Of a DNA stretch of 64,000 nucleotides, positions 10,593 through 20,626 are shown one piece after another (position 1 is the stretch's first letter; the number at the start of each line of letters is the position of its first letter). Under the pieces are notes generated by a model, which was not told the origin of the DNA, did not search any database, and was given only the letters and a program-made list of their open reading frames with translations. Origin of the DNA: Acidobacteriota bacterium. Its GTDB lineage: Bacteria > Acidobacteriota > UBA890 > WLXD01. The stretch lies in NCBI GenBank assembly GCA_963666215.2, contig CAXWPL010000005.1:736001-800000 (forward strand). The letters are read 5' to 3'. Made by a program: the position numbers and the translations under genes.

Positions 10593-10678
10593 CTGGAAGA
10601 TGGCCGCCAAAGCCAATTTCGGCCGCGTGCACTAGCTGGAACATCGCCGCCAAAGCCGATTTGGCCCTCCAGCCCTAG
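10550..10678. repeat. Three degenerate 43-bp tandem copies of the TPR gene 3' end
   Basis: Units 10550-10592, 10593-10635 and 10636-10678, each ending ctag; shared core catcgccgc..aagccgatttggccc (second unit more diverged). Confidence 0.75.
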
Positions 10679-10748
10679 CTGATCGCCGAGGCTGAGCCGT
10701 AGCGAATCGCGGAAGAACTCTTCATCCAGGGCATTCCTGGCGACTTGT

Positions 10749-10803
10749 CCGACAAATTTTCCCTTCGGTCTTGACAGGCCCAACCGACAGGAATATTTTT
10801 CGG
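10749..10803 (+). promoter_or_regulatory. Sigma70-like promoter flanked by two CCGA-N12-TCGG putative operators
   Basis: TTGACA at 10771-10776, TATTTT 17 bp downstream; ccgacaaattttcccttcgg (10749-10768) and ccgacaggaatatttttcgg (10784-10803). Confidence 0.6.
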
Positions 10804-10850
10804 TAATCCCCCCCCCATATCTCGATCCGCGCGAAGAAAGGGAATCCCCG

Positions 10851-11717
10851 ATGCACGTGACTCAACCTGCCAGCGCCCGTCGCTTCGAGATCGAGCTCGA
10901 GCTCGCCGCCCCGCGTGAAGAGGTATGGCGCGCGATCGCCACCGCCGAAGGACTCTCCAGCTGGTTCTCGGCCGAGGCTGAGGTCGAGCCGTATGTCGGC
11001 GGACGAATGGCCTGGGACTGGGGCGAGGCCTACCACTGGCCGCTGACGATCGACGTGTGGGAGCCTGGGAAACGACTCGTCGCCCGCCACGACTCGGCCG
11101 TCGACGACAACAGCGACGCGGCCGGTGGCAAGCTGCCACTGTTCGTCGAGTTCATTCTCGAGGGCGACGGTGGGCAGACCGTCCTTCGCCTGGTGCATTC
11201 GGGCTTCGGAGCAGAGGCCGACTTCGACGAGGAGTACGACGGCATCAGCCAGGGCTGGCCGGTGGAGCTGCAGAGCCTGAAGCTCTATCTCGAGTGCCAC
11301 CGCGGCGAGCGGCGACAGCTGGCCTGGGCCCGAGTCTCGACCAGCCTTTCGCCGGTCGAGGCCATGAAGCGACTCCTTGGCGACGAGGGGATCGCTTTCA
11401 GCTCAAACCGTGATCTCGGTTCGTTGAGGGCCGGCGACAGGTTCTCCGCGCGCCTGGCCGAGAATGCCGCGCTCGAGCTCGTGGCCACGAGCTCGCCGGG
11501 GGCGACGGGATTGGCAGGCAGCTCGCCCGAGCTCAACAACGCCTTCTTTCATGCGCATTCCTACCACCATCCCGAACACCAGGTCACTCACGTCTGGCTG
11601 TGGCTGGCTCAATACGGAGCTCCTGAAGAGCGCGTTCAGCGCTACCGCGCCAGCATGGAGGCGACACTCGCGCGCCTCTTCGCGCGCGCAGTGGCGCCCG
11701 TTGGGGCGAGCGCTTGA
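10851..11717 (+). CDS. SRPBCC/AHSA1 domain protein
   Basis: EEVWRAIATAEGLSSWF; LRLVHSGF..GW. Confidence 0.8.
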   Translation: MHVTQPASARRFEIELELAAPREEVWRAIATAEGLSSWFSAEAEVEPYVGGRMAWDWGEAYHWPLTIDVWEPGKRLVARHDSAVDDNSDAAGGKLPLFVEFILEGDGGQTVLRLVHSGFGAEADFDEEYDGISQGWPVELQSLKLYLECHRGERRQLAWARVSTSLSPVEAMKRLLGDEGIAFSSNRDLGSLRAGDRFSARLAENAALELVATSSPGATGLAGSSPELNNAFFHAHSYHHPEHQVTHVWLWLAQYGAPEERVQRYRASMEATLARLFARAVAPVGASA

Positions 11718-12352
11718 GAGATCGCGTTGACGTTATCGCCGAGCCCAAGCGGGCGCAGATGCTCCTGCACCCGACTCGGCTCGCGATTCTCGAAGCACTC
11801 GACGCCCCGGGCTCGGCAACGACGCTGGCACGACGGCTCGAGGCGCCGCGGCAGAAGCTCAACTACCACCTGCGCGAGCTCGAAGCCGTTGGACTCGTCC
11901 AGCTCGTCGAAGAGCGCAAGCGCGGCAGCGTTTGCGAACGAATCTACGAGCGCGCCGGCAACAGCTACGCCATCTCGACGGCGGCGCTGGGCAGGCTCGG
12001 CAGCAGCCCCGATCGGGTGAGCGACCGGCGCTCCGCCGAGTACCAGATCGCCGTCGCCTCGCAGGCAATCGTCGACATCGCCGCGCTGGGTGACGCAGCC
12101 GCCGAGGCCGGCAAGCGGCTACCAACGCTGACACTTGATGGCGAGGTGGCGTTCGAGTCGCCCGAGGCTCGTCGCAGGTTCGGCGAGGAGCTCACCGACG
12201 CCGTGGCGCGGCTCGTCCGCAAGTACCACTCCGGAGCTGCCGAGAGCCGCGCCTACAAGCTCTACCTCGGGGCCTATCCCAAACCCAAGTTGCCAACCGA
12301 ACAACAGCGCCCCAACGGCGCGGGCAGAGAGAAAGGACAGACCGATGCCTGA
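11714..12352 (+). CDS. ArsR-like winged-helix transcriptional regulator
   Basis: LHPTRLAIL..RQKLNYHLRELEAVGLV. Confidence 0.85.
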   Translation: MRDRVDVIAEPKRAQMLLHPTRLAILEALDAPGSATTLARRLEAPRQKLNYHLRELEAVGLVQLVEERKRGSVCERIYERAGNSYAISTAALGRLGSSPDRVSDRRSAEYQIAVASQAIVDIAALGDAAAEAGKRLPTLTLDGEVAFESPEARRRFGEELTDAVARLVRKYHSGAAESRAYKLYLGAYPKPKLPTEQQRPNGAGREKGQTDA

Positions 12353-12779
12353 CATCCATCACGAGTTGACGGTGAACGCTTCACCAGAGGAGATCTTCGC
12401 GGCCATCAGCACGCCAACCGGTCTCGACCAGTGGTGGACCCTCACCAGCGCCGGCCAGGCGCGCGTCGGTTCCGAGTTCGAGCTTGGCTTCGGGCCCGAC
12501 TGTTGCTGGCGTGCCGAGGTTAGCCGCGCCGTCCCGGCCGCCGAGTTCGAGCTCGTGCTCGTTGAAGCCCACGACGATTGGCTGGGCTCGCGAGTCGGCT
12601 TCGAGCTCACGGCCAACGACGCTGGCGGCACCAACGTTCGCTTCCGCCACGTCGGCTGGCCCGAAGACAATGCCCACTACCGCGAGTCGATGGGATGCTG
12701 GTCGGCCTACCTCGGCCTCATGGCCCGAGCAGTCGAGACCGGCGAGACGGTGCCCTATGGCAGGCGGCTAGACAACTAG
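12345..12779 (+). CDS. SRPBCC/AHSA1 domain protein
   Basis: MPDIHHELTVNASPEEIFAAIST..GLDQWW; VRFRHVGW..CWSAYL. Confidence 0.85.
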   Translation: MPDIHHELTVNASPEEIFAAISTPTGLDQWWTLTSAGQARVGSEFELGFGPDCCWRAEVSRAVPAAEFELVLVEAHDDWLGSRVGFELTANDAGGTNVRFRHVGWPEDNAHYRESMGCWSAYLGLMARAVETGETVPYGRRLDN

Positions 12780-12896
12780 GTGTATTTTCCAGGTCGCTCC
12801 GATGCCCCCGGCTCGCCCCCGACGGCGTCGGCATGACATCACCGATGGCTCGGGTCCCAGGAGTGAGTCCGTGACCAACCTCCCTAGAACTCACAG

Positions 12897-13379
12897 CTAG
12901 GCGGGTTCTTCGGGTTGAAAACGCTGTTTCTGCTCCGGGCCCCGGAAAGGTCCGGGACGAATCAGCAACAGCGACGTCGCCTCGAGCATCTGCACGCCGT
13001 GCCCACCGGCGACCAGAACAGCGCAATCGCCGGTCGCAAGCTCGCGACTGGCGATGAGCCGGCGGCCGTCATCGTAGATATCGATCCGACAACGACCATC
13101 GCGCACAACGAGAACTTCTGAGGTTCCCGGCGTTCCGTGCTCTTGGCGCTCGTCGCTTACGTGCACGTGCGGCGCAACCACTTCGCCCGGCCCGTAGACC
13201 ATCAGGCCCACCTGCTGCTCGCACTCGGGCGGGGTGGCGAAGTGAGAAGCCGACGGCCGCAAGGTGGCGCAGATCAAGTAGGCGAGCGTTACCCCGTTTG
13301 CCTCGATGACCTCTGGGCCTGCGCCCGTCCCGATGCAGAGGTCGTCGTCCATTCCGCCCGGCGCTGACCCTTCCGACAC
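12897..13379 (-). CDS. Cupin-fold protein
   Basis: PHVH..SEVLVV..G..GGHG cupin motifs. Confidence 0.65.
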   Translation of the reverse strand: MSEGSAPGGMDDDLCIGTGAGPEVIEANGVTLAYLICATLRPSASHFATPPECEQQVGLMVYGPGEVVAPHVHVSDERQEHGTPGTSEVLVVRDGRCRIDIYDDGRRLIASRELATGDCAVLVAGGHGVQMLEATSLLLIRPGPFRGPEQKQRFQPEEPA

Positions 13380-14771
13380 TCAGCTGCTCCGCGACGAGCG
13401 CGAGAAATCGATGCGATTGCCCGACGGGAAATGAATGGTCAACCGATCACCGTCGAGCTCAACGCGCGCGACCTCCGGGGTCGTGGCGGCCTCATCGGGA
13501 GTCGTCACGCTCTTGCGCAACAACGCCAACGGCAGCCCTGGAAGCGGCTCTCCCTGCGAGAAGTGATGTTCGTGGTGAAAGCTCAGCTGGTTGCCATCGA
13601 GCTCGTAGGTTCCCCCCTCCCCCGATGCGCGTGCCGCGTTGCCGTCCGCATCGAGAACAAAGAACAGCACCTGCCAGTCGCGATCGGTAAAGAAGATACG
13701 ACCGACAAGGGGATGCTCGGTGCCGTCGGCGAGCACATAACGCTCGGCTCTCCAGGAGCCGGCGAGCGGAACAGCGACCGACTGCAATTGCGCCGGCGAT
13801 AGCGATGGCGATGGCAATTTTTCGGCCGCTTCGCGAATGAAGTCACCGAGGGTGTCGAAGACCACCGCAGGCTCCTCGATGAAGGGAAAGTGGCCCGAGC
13901 GTTCGAGAACCACGACCCGCGCGTCGGGTATCGCGTCGCCGAGCGCCCGAACCATCTCGAGTGGAATCGAATCGTGAGCGCCGTGCAGCAGCAACGTGGG
14001 CGCATCGACCTCGCCCAGCCGATCCCACAGGTCGAGTCCGCCGCCCTCGGTGATCTTGGCGAACACCGCAGCGCCATACGCCCCCATGTTGGCGAACGTC
14101 GAGGGCTGAAAGTCGAGATTCAATTTCGCCATCGCGCGACGATCGAAGAACGTGCTGCGGAAGCTAGCGGCCAGCAGCGCGGCGGTCGCGCTCAGGTCGC
14201 CCGGCTGCAACCGAACCGCGTCCAGAAGCTGGTTGCGCTCGGCCTCGTCCTGCGTGGTTCGCGCGGCGCGCGCACGCTCGGCCGTGAGCTGAGCGAATCG
14301 CTGCCCGGGCTCGGAGGGCGAGATCAACGTCAGCGACGCCAAGCGCCCCGGGTGCTCCAGAGCATAGAGAACCGCGACGATGGCGCCGAACGAGTGCCCC
14401 ATCAGGTGCATGCGCTCGGCCCCCTGCGCAGCTCGCAGCGCATCGATGTCGGCGACCTGGTTCGTCAGGTTCAACGCGTCGGCGGAAACATCGCCCGCCG
14501 AGCTGCCAACGGCCCGTGGGTCGAACAGCAACAACCGGTGGCTCGACGCCAGCCGCATGAAGTGCGGCAGCAGGTACGTGTGTTCCAAGCCCGGGCCACC
14601 CGGCACTACGACTACAAGCTCACCCTCGCCGACCACGGCGACGTGCAGCGCCAGCCCGTTGGCCAAGACGTCGGTGTAATCGAGGGGGGCGTGCGCTTCC
14701 TGCGCCCAGATCGATCCGGCGCACCCCATCGCAATCAGCAGGGCTGCTCGCGTCGGGCCCCGCCAGCTCAC
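13380..14771 (-). CDS. Secreted alpha/beta hydrolase (proline iminopeptidase-like) with C-terminal lipocalin-like domain
   Basis: PGGPG, GHSFG nucleophile, SGHFPFIEEP; C-terminal LAGSWRA..GTYELDG. Start uncertain. Confidence 0.75.
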   Translation of the reverse strand: MSWRGPTRAALLIAMGCAGSIWAQEAHAPLDYTDVLANGLALHVAVVGEGELVVVVPGGPGLEHTYLLPHFMRLASSHRLLLFDPRAVGSSAGDVSADALNLTNQVADIDALRAAQGAERMHLMGHSFGAIVAVLYALEHPGRLASLTLISPSEPGQRFAQLTAERARAARTTQDEAERNQLLDAVRLQPGDLSATAALLAASFRSTFFDRRAMAKLNLDFQPSTFANMGAYGAAVFAKITEGGGLDLWDRLGEVDAPTLLLHGAHDSIPLEMVRALGDAIPDARVVVLERSGHFPFIEEPAVVFDTLGDFIREAAEKLPSPSLSPAQLQSVAVPLAGSWRAERYVLADGTEHPLVGRIFFTDRDWQVLFFVLDADGNAARASGEGGTYELDGNQLSFHHEHHFSQGEPLPGLPLALLRKSVTTPDEAATTPEVARVELDGDRLTIHFPSGNRIDFSRSSRSS

Positions 14772-14991
14772 CGTCTCGTCACGTGAAGGCCTATGCGAAG
14801 GCCATCGCCGCAGCGTGAACGCGCCTTGGCCAGCGGGTTGAAACAGCCGCGGCCGGCGAAACCGCCGGCCGCGCACGAACTCCGGCCGAAGCGCACCATA
14901 ATCAAGTCGCGGGCACACTGCAAAACTCGGCAGAACCGCCGGGCGGTCCCGAGGCGTGTTCCCAGGCTCTTCGGCGACTCGCCGGCCCGGA

Positions 14992-17229
14992 TCAGCGCTC
15001 GCCAAACGTCCCGGCGTCCAGCTCACCGCGCTCCCGAGCGCTTTCGCGCACCTCAGCTGGGTCCCCGAGAAGCCCGTCACCCGTGTTGGTCGTCTTCTCC
15101 TTCTTCTCGGCCTGCTCGGCCTCGAAAGCCTTCTCGGACATCGGCTCGATGCCGACGGCCTCGGCGAAGGTGTAGAGGTAGCGCCTCAGACGGTCCATCT
15201 GCAGCCTCGGCTCGCCGATGCCGTGCCCCTGGCGCGGGTAGGAGACGTACGTGACGTCTTTGCCCAAATCCTTCAACGCCCGATAGAACTCGACGGCCTG
15301 CTCGGGGGGCACGCGCGCGTCGTTGGCGCCGTGCATGATCAAGATCTTGGCGGTGACGTTCTTGACGTGACGGATGGGTGACAGACGGCGGTAGATCTCC
15401 TCGTTCTCCCAGGGAGTGCCGAAGAACCAGCCGAGATAGTTCGAGATGTCCGTGGTCGAATACATGGAATAGAGGTTCGAAAGCCCGGCGCCCGGCGAGA
15501 TGACCTTGAAGCGGTCGGTCTGGGTGGACATCCAGAACGTCATGTAGCCGCCGTAGCTCCAGCCGTACGCCACCATGCGATCCTCGTCGGCCCAGCCTTG
15601 GCCCACGACGTAGTCGACGCCGGTCATGATGTCGTCGTAGTCGCGCACGCCCCAGTAGTTGCGGTTGGCGTTGAGGAACTCCTGCCCGTAGTTCGAGCTA
15701 CCGCGAAAGTTGGGCTGCAGCACCAGGAAACCGTTGCCGGAAAGGAACTGGTTGGTGGCGTTGAACGACGTCAACACCGCGCCGCTCGGACCGCCATGCG
15801 GGTTGACGATGAGCGGATAGCGCACGCCCTCGGTAAAGCCGGCCGGCTTGTGCAGGACCCCCTCGATCGCCTGCCCCTCGCTGTTGGTCCAGGTGATGGC
15901 CTCGACGTCGGCAAGCCGCAGGCCCTCGTTGCGTATCCATGCGTTGGCGTCGGTCAGGCGCGTCGGCTGGGACAGGTCGGTGACGGGAGCCGTGACGATG
16001 TCGCCCGGCCAGCTCGGCGACGCGTGTACCCACACCCAGCGTCCACCGTCCGGGGAGAGCTGGAACTGTGAGTTGGCGCCAGCCGGCGGGACGTGGCCGA
16101 GCGTTTCACCGGTGGCGACCTGAACCGAGAGTAGATTGATGCTGGTGCCGTCGCCGGTGGACCAGTAGATGTCCTGGCCACCGGGCGCCCAGATCGGCGT
16201 GGAGAAGTTCAGGTCGAAGTCCTCGAGCAGGATCTCCGGCTGGCCGCCAGCGGCCGGAATCAGGTAGAGCTTGTTGTACCAGGTGGTAGTGCTGGTGTTG
16301 CGGTTGGCCGAAAAGGCGATCGTCGAGCCGTCGGGAGACCAGCGCGGCGACGCGTCGGGGCCGGGGTTCTCGAAGAGCTTGCGACTGTCGCCCGACGCCA
16401 GGTCGGCCACGAAGATGTCGCTGTTCCAGCCGTCGTCGAGGTTGTTGCTGTAGCGCGCAACGTAGGCGACGCGCGTGGAGTCGGGCGACCACTGAGGGTC
16501 GGTGACGGTGAAGGCGCCCTCGGTCAGCCGACGCGGCTCGCCCTTGCCGCTGGCGCTCGCTTCATCGAGATCCTGTACCCAAATGTGGCTGGCGCGGAAA
16601 TCCTCGTCGACAACAACGGCGTCGTCCTTTTCCTTCTTGCGGCGCTTGTCCTCGTCGGTCTCGGGATCGCGAGCGGTGTAGAGGATCTTCGTCCCGTCGG
16701 GCGAGATCGAGAACGACTGCACACCGCCCTCGTGATCGGTCGCCGCCCAGGCCTCGCCACCGTCGGTGTACAGCACGTAGACCTGATCGTTGGGCTCCTC
16801 TTCCGCATCACGATCGGATCTGAAGGCAATCCGATCGCCCTGCGGGAACCATCGCGGCGACGACGCCCCCTTGGCGGCGCGGGTGAGCTGGCGGCGCATC
16901 TCGCCGTCGACGCGTACGCGCCAGATCTGGCTCACACGACCCAGATCTTCCGACTCCATGTCGCGCTCGGTTTGCGTAAAGAGCACCCAGCGGCCGTCGG
17001 GTGAGATGCGAGGAGCCGAAACGCCATTGATGCGCAGGGTGTCGCGAGCCGAAAGCAGCGCCGACTCGGCGGCCTCCTCGGCGCTCGACTGACTGCCCGA
17101 GCGCGAAGACCCGTGCGCCAATGCCGGCGCGGATGTCGACACCAGCGCGACGCCCGCCATCGCGGCCCAGGCGATTGCCAACTGCATCTTGCCGGTGATT
17201 CTCGGGGTGCTGACTCGTGTTGCCATCAT
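14992..17229 (-). CDS. S9 family peptidase (dipeptidyl aminopeptidase / acylaminoacyl peptidase)
   Basis: Signal peptide, beta-propeller WSPDS/WSPDG repeats, HGGP, GWSYGG, HGANDARV, GHG. Confidence 0.92.
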   Translation of the reverse strand: MMATRVSTPRITGKMQLAIAWAAMAGVALVSTSAPALAHGSSRSGSQSSAEEAAESALLSARDTLRINGVSAPRISPDGRWVLFTQTERDMESEDLGRVSQIWRVRVDGEMRRQLTRAAKGASSPRWFPQGDRIAFRSDRDAEEEPNDQVYVLYTDGGEAWAATDHEGGVQSFSISPDGTKILYTARDPETDEDKRRKKEKDDAVVVDEDFRASHIWVQDLDEASASGKGEPRRLTEGAFTVTDPQWSPDSTRVAYVARYSNNLDDGWNSDIFVADLASGDSRKLFENPGPDASPRWSPDGSTIAFSANRNTSTTTWYNKLYLIPAAGGQPEILLEDFDLNFSTPIWAPGGQDIYWSTGDGTSINLLSVQVATGETLGHVPPAGANSQFQLSPDGGRWVWVHASPSWPGDIVTAPVTDLSQPTRLTDANAWIRNEGLRLADVEAITWTNSEGQAIEGVLHKPAGFTEGVRYPLIVNPHGGPSGAVLTSFNATNQFLSGNGFLVLQPNFRGSSNYGQEFLNANRNYWGVRDYDDIMTGVDYVVGQGWADEDRMVAYGWSYGGYMTFWMSTQTDRFKVISPGAGLSNLYSMYSTTDISNYLGWFFGTPWENEEIYRRLSPIRHVKNVTAKILIMHGANDARVPPEQAVEFYRALKDLGKDVTYVSYPRQGHGIGEPRLQMDRLRRYLYTFAEAVGIEPMSEKAFEAEQAEKKEKTTNTGDGLLGDPAEVRESARERGELDAGTFGER

Positions 17230-17243
17230 CTCGATGTCTCCTG

Positions 17244-18749
17244 TCAGAGGTCGTAGATTTCGCCAAACTTCGAACGTACATAGGCCAGCCAGCTGTCGGC
17301 CCGTAGGCCCTCTCCGGTGGCACGTTGCAACAACTCCGTTGCCGTGAGCTTGCGTCCGTGACGGTGAATCTTGTCGCGCAGCCAGCCTCGCAGCTCACCG
17401 AACGAGCCCTGGGCGATCTGCTCGTCGAGGTCGCCGAGATCGGCCTTGGCGGCTTGCCAAAGCTGCGTCGAGATCAGGTTGCCGAGCGCGTAGGTCGGGA
17501 AATACCCGATGGCACCGAACGACCAGTGGATGTCCTGCAAAGCGCCCTCGGCGTCGCTGCCGGGGCGCAGGCCGAGATAGGCCTCTGAGCGCTCGTTCCA
17601 TTCGGCAGGAAGATCCTCCACCGCAAGCTCTCCGTCGAGCAGGGCGCGCTCGAGCTCGAAGCGCAACATGATGTGCAGGTTGTAGGTGACCTCGTCGGCT
17701 TCCACGCGAATCAACGAAGGCTCGACGCGGTTGATCGCTCGATAGAACGTCTCGAGCTCGACCGTCGCCAGCTGCTGCGGAAACGCCGACTGCAGCGGCG
17801 CGAAGTAGTGCTGCCAAAAGCCGCGGCTGCGGCCCACGAGGTTCTCCCAAAGGCGGGATTGTGACTCGTGGATGCCGAGCGACGTGCCGCTGGCGAGCAC
17901 AGTGCGCTCCAGGGCAGGATCGACGCCCTGTTCGTACATCGCGTGGCCGGCCTCGTGCAGCGTGCCGAACAGGCAGCTGGGTAGGTAATCAGGCTGGACT
18001 CGCGTGGTGATCCGACAGTCGTTGACCGAAAAGCTGGTGGAGAACGGGTGCGCCGATCGATCCTGACGACCACGGGTGAAGTCGTAGCCGAAGTCGCCGA
18101 TGACCGAGAGGCCAAAGTCCCACTGCGCCTGCTCGTTGAACGTCTGCCGAAGTATCGCGGCGTTCGGCGACGGGCGCCCGCCGATTGCGTGAACTATCGG
18201 CACCAGCTCCTTGCGCAGGTCGGTGAAGATGGTCGCCACCTCCGCCGTCTTCATGTCGGGCTCGTACTCGTCGAGCAACGCGTCGTATCGGCAGCCGCCG
18301 TCGTCGTAGCCGAAGGCATCGGCTTTTTCGCGCACCAGAAGCAGAATCTCCTCGAGGTGCGGCGCAAACAGGTTGAACTGCGACCGCTGGCGAGCGTCCT
18401 TCCAGGCGTGTTGTGCCTGCGCGGAAACACGCGTCAGCGCCGCCACCAGGTCGGCCGGGAGCCGTGTGGCGCGATCGTAGTCACGGCGCACAACCGATAG
18501 CAGGCGAGCGTCGTCGGAGTCGGCGTCGAGGTCGACCGTCTCTTCGGCGGCCCGGGCCAGCAGGTCCCCGACCTCGGGATCGGTGAAAAGCTCGTGTCCC
18601 AGGCGAGCGAGCGTGGCGAGCTGGTGGGAACGCGCCTCCACGCCGCCGCTGGGCATGTAGGTTTCCTGATCCCAGCCGAGAACCGCCTGCGCGCCTCCCA
18701 GATCGGTGACGCACTCGAGGCGTTGCTTCAGGTCGGCCAGAGCCGTCAC
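17244..18749 (-). CDS. Carboxypeptidase Taq (M32)
   Basis: WDQETYMP, HPF, HEAGH, HESQS, IRVEADE, QDIHW, GYFPTY motifs. Confidence 0.95.
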   Translation of the reverse strand: MTALADLKQRLECVTDLGGAQAVLGWDQETYMPSGGVEARSHQLATLARLGHELFTDPEVGDLLARAAEETVDLDADSDDARLLSVVRRDYDRATRLPADLVAALTRVSAQAQHAWKDARQRSQFNLFAPHLEEILLLVREKADAFGYDDGGCRYDALLDEYEPDMKTAEVATIFTDLRKELVPIVHAIGGRPSPNAAILRQTFNEQAQWDFGLSVIGDFGYDFTRGRQDRSAHPFSTSFSVNDCRITTRVQPDYLPSCLFGTLHEAGHAMYEQGVDPALERTVLASGTSLGIHESQSRLWENLVGRSRGFWQHYFAPLQSAFPQQLATVELETFYRAINRVEPSLIRVEADEVTYNLHIMLRFELERALLDGELAVEDLPAEWNERSEAYLGLRPGSDAEGALQDIHWSFGAIGYFPTYALGNLISTQLWQAAKADLGDLDEQIAQGSFGELRGWLRDKIHRHGRKLTATELLQRATGEGLRADSWLAYVRSKFGEIYDL

Positions 18750-18783
18750 GCCGGGTCGATCTCCACGATGACCGCGAGAGCGC

Positions 18784-19191
18784 TCACTGCAAACCACCGC
18801 TGCCGAAGATCGGCCGGCCGATCGCAACGACCCCGAGCCCAACGCACGTCAGCGTCAGGAGCACCCCTACGAGAAGAAAGGCGTGACTCTGCCGTTCCTT
18901 GGGCCGTTTCCGGTTGACGATCACGAAAGCGTGCGCCACAACGGCCGCCAGCAGCATCATGACGATGTGGCCCGCCAATGCCCCGTAGAAAGGCACTGCC
19001 GTCAGCAGCAGCATGCCGAGCAGGACCTGCAGGTCGAGCAGCCCGGTGAATGCGCCCATGATTATGCGCGAGGTGTCGTCGAGAGGCCGACGTTTCGCGG
19101 CACCGACAACCAGAAAAACCATCGCGACCACGGCGGATAGCAGCACGAGATAGCGAACGCCCGAGTGGGCGTAGAAGAGCGGCGCCAGCAT
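18784..19191 (-). CDS. Four-TM membrane protein
   Basis: HSGVRYLVL..DLQVLLG hydrophobic helices; 1-bp gap from the upstream dipeptidase stop. Confidence 0.7.
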   Translation of the reverse strand: MLAPLFYAHSGVRYLVLLSAVVAMVFLVVGAAKRRPLDDTSRIIMGAFTGLLDLQVLLGMLLLTAVPFYGALAGHIVMMLLAAVVAHAFVIVNRKRPKERQSHAFLLVGVLLTLTCVGLGVVAIGRPIFGSGGLQ

Positions 19192-19192
19192 C

Positions 19193-20626
19193 CTAGCTCC
19201 CGTCCCCGGCCTGCAAACGAGCAGCCACCGCCTCGACCTCGCGCCACACGCGAAGTGTATTTCCGCTCCACAACATACCAATCTCCTGTTCTGTGTAGCC
19301 GCGCCTCACCAGCTCGTGCGTGACGTTGAACGTTTCGCTGGCGTCATTCCAACCCACCACGCCGCCGCCACCGTCGAAGTCGGAGGAGATGGCGACGTGT
19401 TGAACGCCAATCAGATCGACCGCATGGTCGATGTGATCCACAAAGTCGGCAACGTCGGGCGCCGGATGCAACGGATCGACCTCGTCGCGGATCATCGCGC
19501 GCGCGGCCTCCATCTGCCGCTCGAGCTCGGCACGCTCGTCGTCCGGCACCCCGCGCATGCGACCGAACATCTCACCCATACCCGACACACCCATCTCGCG
19601 TTGCAACAGCTCGCCGATGGCCCGCTCGCGCTCGGGCGTCTGTTTCACGAAGGCACCCAGGGCGACCGTCTGCATGACGCCACCGTTTTCCCTCAACGCC
19701 AGCAGCTGTTCATCGTCCATGTTGCGCGCCACATCGCAGAGGGCACGGCAACTCGAATGCGAAGCGATGACCGGCGCGGCCGACAGCCGCGCCGCCTCCA
19801 GCATCGCCGCCTTCGAGATGTGCGAGACGTCGACCATGATTCCGAGTCGATTCATCTCGGCGATCACCTCGGCGCCGAAGTCACTGATACCGCCGTGAAG
19901 CTCTGCGGGCTCGTCACCGCTGGGGTTGGCCGAATCGGCGATCTGGTTGTGGCCGTTGTGAGCCAGCGTGATGTAGCGCCCGCCGAGCCGGTGAAACTCA
20001 GCCAGGTTGGCGAGATCGTTCCCGACGGGCCAGCCGTTCTCGATCCCGATTGCGGCGACCAGCTTGCCGGACTCGACGATGCGCTCGACATCATCGGCGC
20101 TGTGCGCCAGCTCGATCTGATCGGGGTACATCTCGTCGGTCAGTCGGTGGATCGCTTCAAACTTGGTGATCGCCTGCTGGTAGGCGCTGGCGTAGCCTGC
20201 CGGGGTGTTCTCGCCTTGGCCGACGTAAACCACGAAAAAGGCGACGTCGAGGCCGCCGTCGCGCATCTTCGGCAGGTCGACCTGCCTGTCGCCCCGCACC
20301 CCGGGGTCGACCTCGGGAGTTGCGAAGTTGAACGGGATGTCGTCGTGCGTGTCGAGCGTCAGGGCGCGCCCATGGATACCGCGCGCGACCGCTTCGACGT
20401 CGGCCTCGCCGACCTCGATCTGAGTCGGTTGGTCGGCTGGCGCACAGGCGAACACCCCCATCAGCACGGCCATCGCAAGCGCGGCCGCTCCGTGGTGGGC
20501 GTCAGGCGCTGTGGGCTCGACAATCAAAGGGTCGCGACCGGAGGCCCGGTAGCGGCCCCGGCTCGGCTGACCACCTGAAGGGATGCGGCTGCTTCGGGGC
20601 ATGCTCTCTCTCGCCAGATCCGTCAT
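19193..20626 (-). CDS. Membrane dipeptidase (M19, renal dipeptidase family)
   Basis: DTHDD, GIENG, MVDVSH, ASHS, SSDFDG; ATGA overlap with upstream gene. Confidence 0.92.
   Translation of the reverse strand: MTDLARESMPRSSRIPSGGQPSRGRYRASGRDPLIVEPTAPDAHHGAAALAMAVLMGVFACAPADQPTQIEVGEADVEAVARGIHGRALTLDTHDDIPFNFATPEVDPGVRGDRQVDLPKMRDGGLDVAFFVVYVGQGENTPAGYASAYQQAITKFEAIHRLTDEMYPDQIELAHSADDVERIVESGKLVAAIGIENGWPVGNDLANLAEFHRLGGRYITLAHNGHNQIADSANPSGDEPAELHGGISDFGAEVIAEMNRLGIMVDVSHISKAAMLEAARLSAAPVIASHSSCRALCDVARNMDDEQLLALRENGGVMQTVALGAFVKQTPERERAIGELLQREMGVSGMGEMFGRMRGVPDDERAELERQMEAARAMIRDEVDPLHPAPDVADFVDHIDHAVDLIGVQHVAISSDFDGGGGVVGWNDASETFNVTHELVRRGYTEQEIGMLWSGNTLRVWREVEAVAARLQAGDGS

Noticed and set aside
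10550-10678. 43-bp repeats as a mini-CRISPR or DGR template/variable repeat
   Set aside because: No spacers, no cas or reverse transcriptase gene, and mismatches are not adenine-specific.
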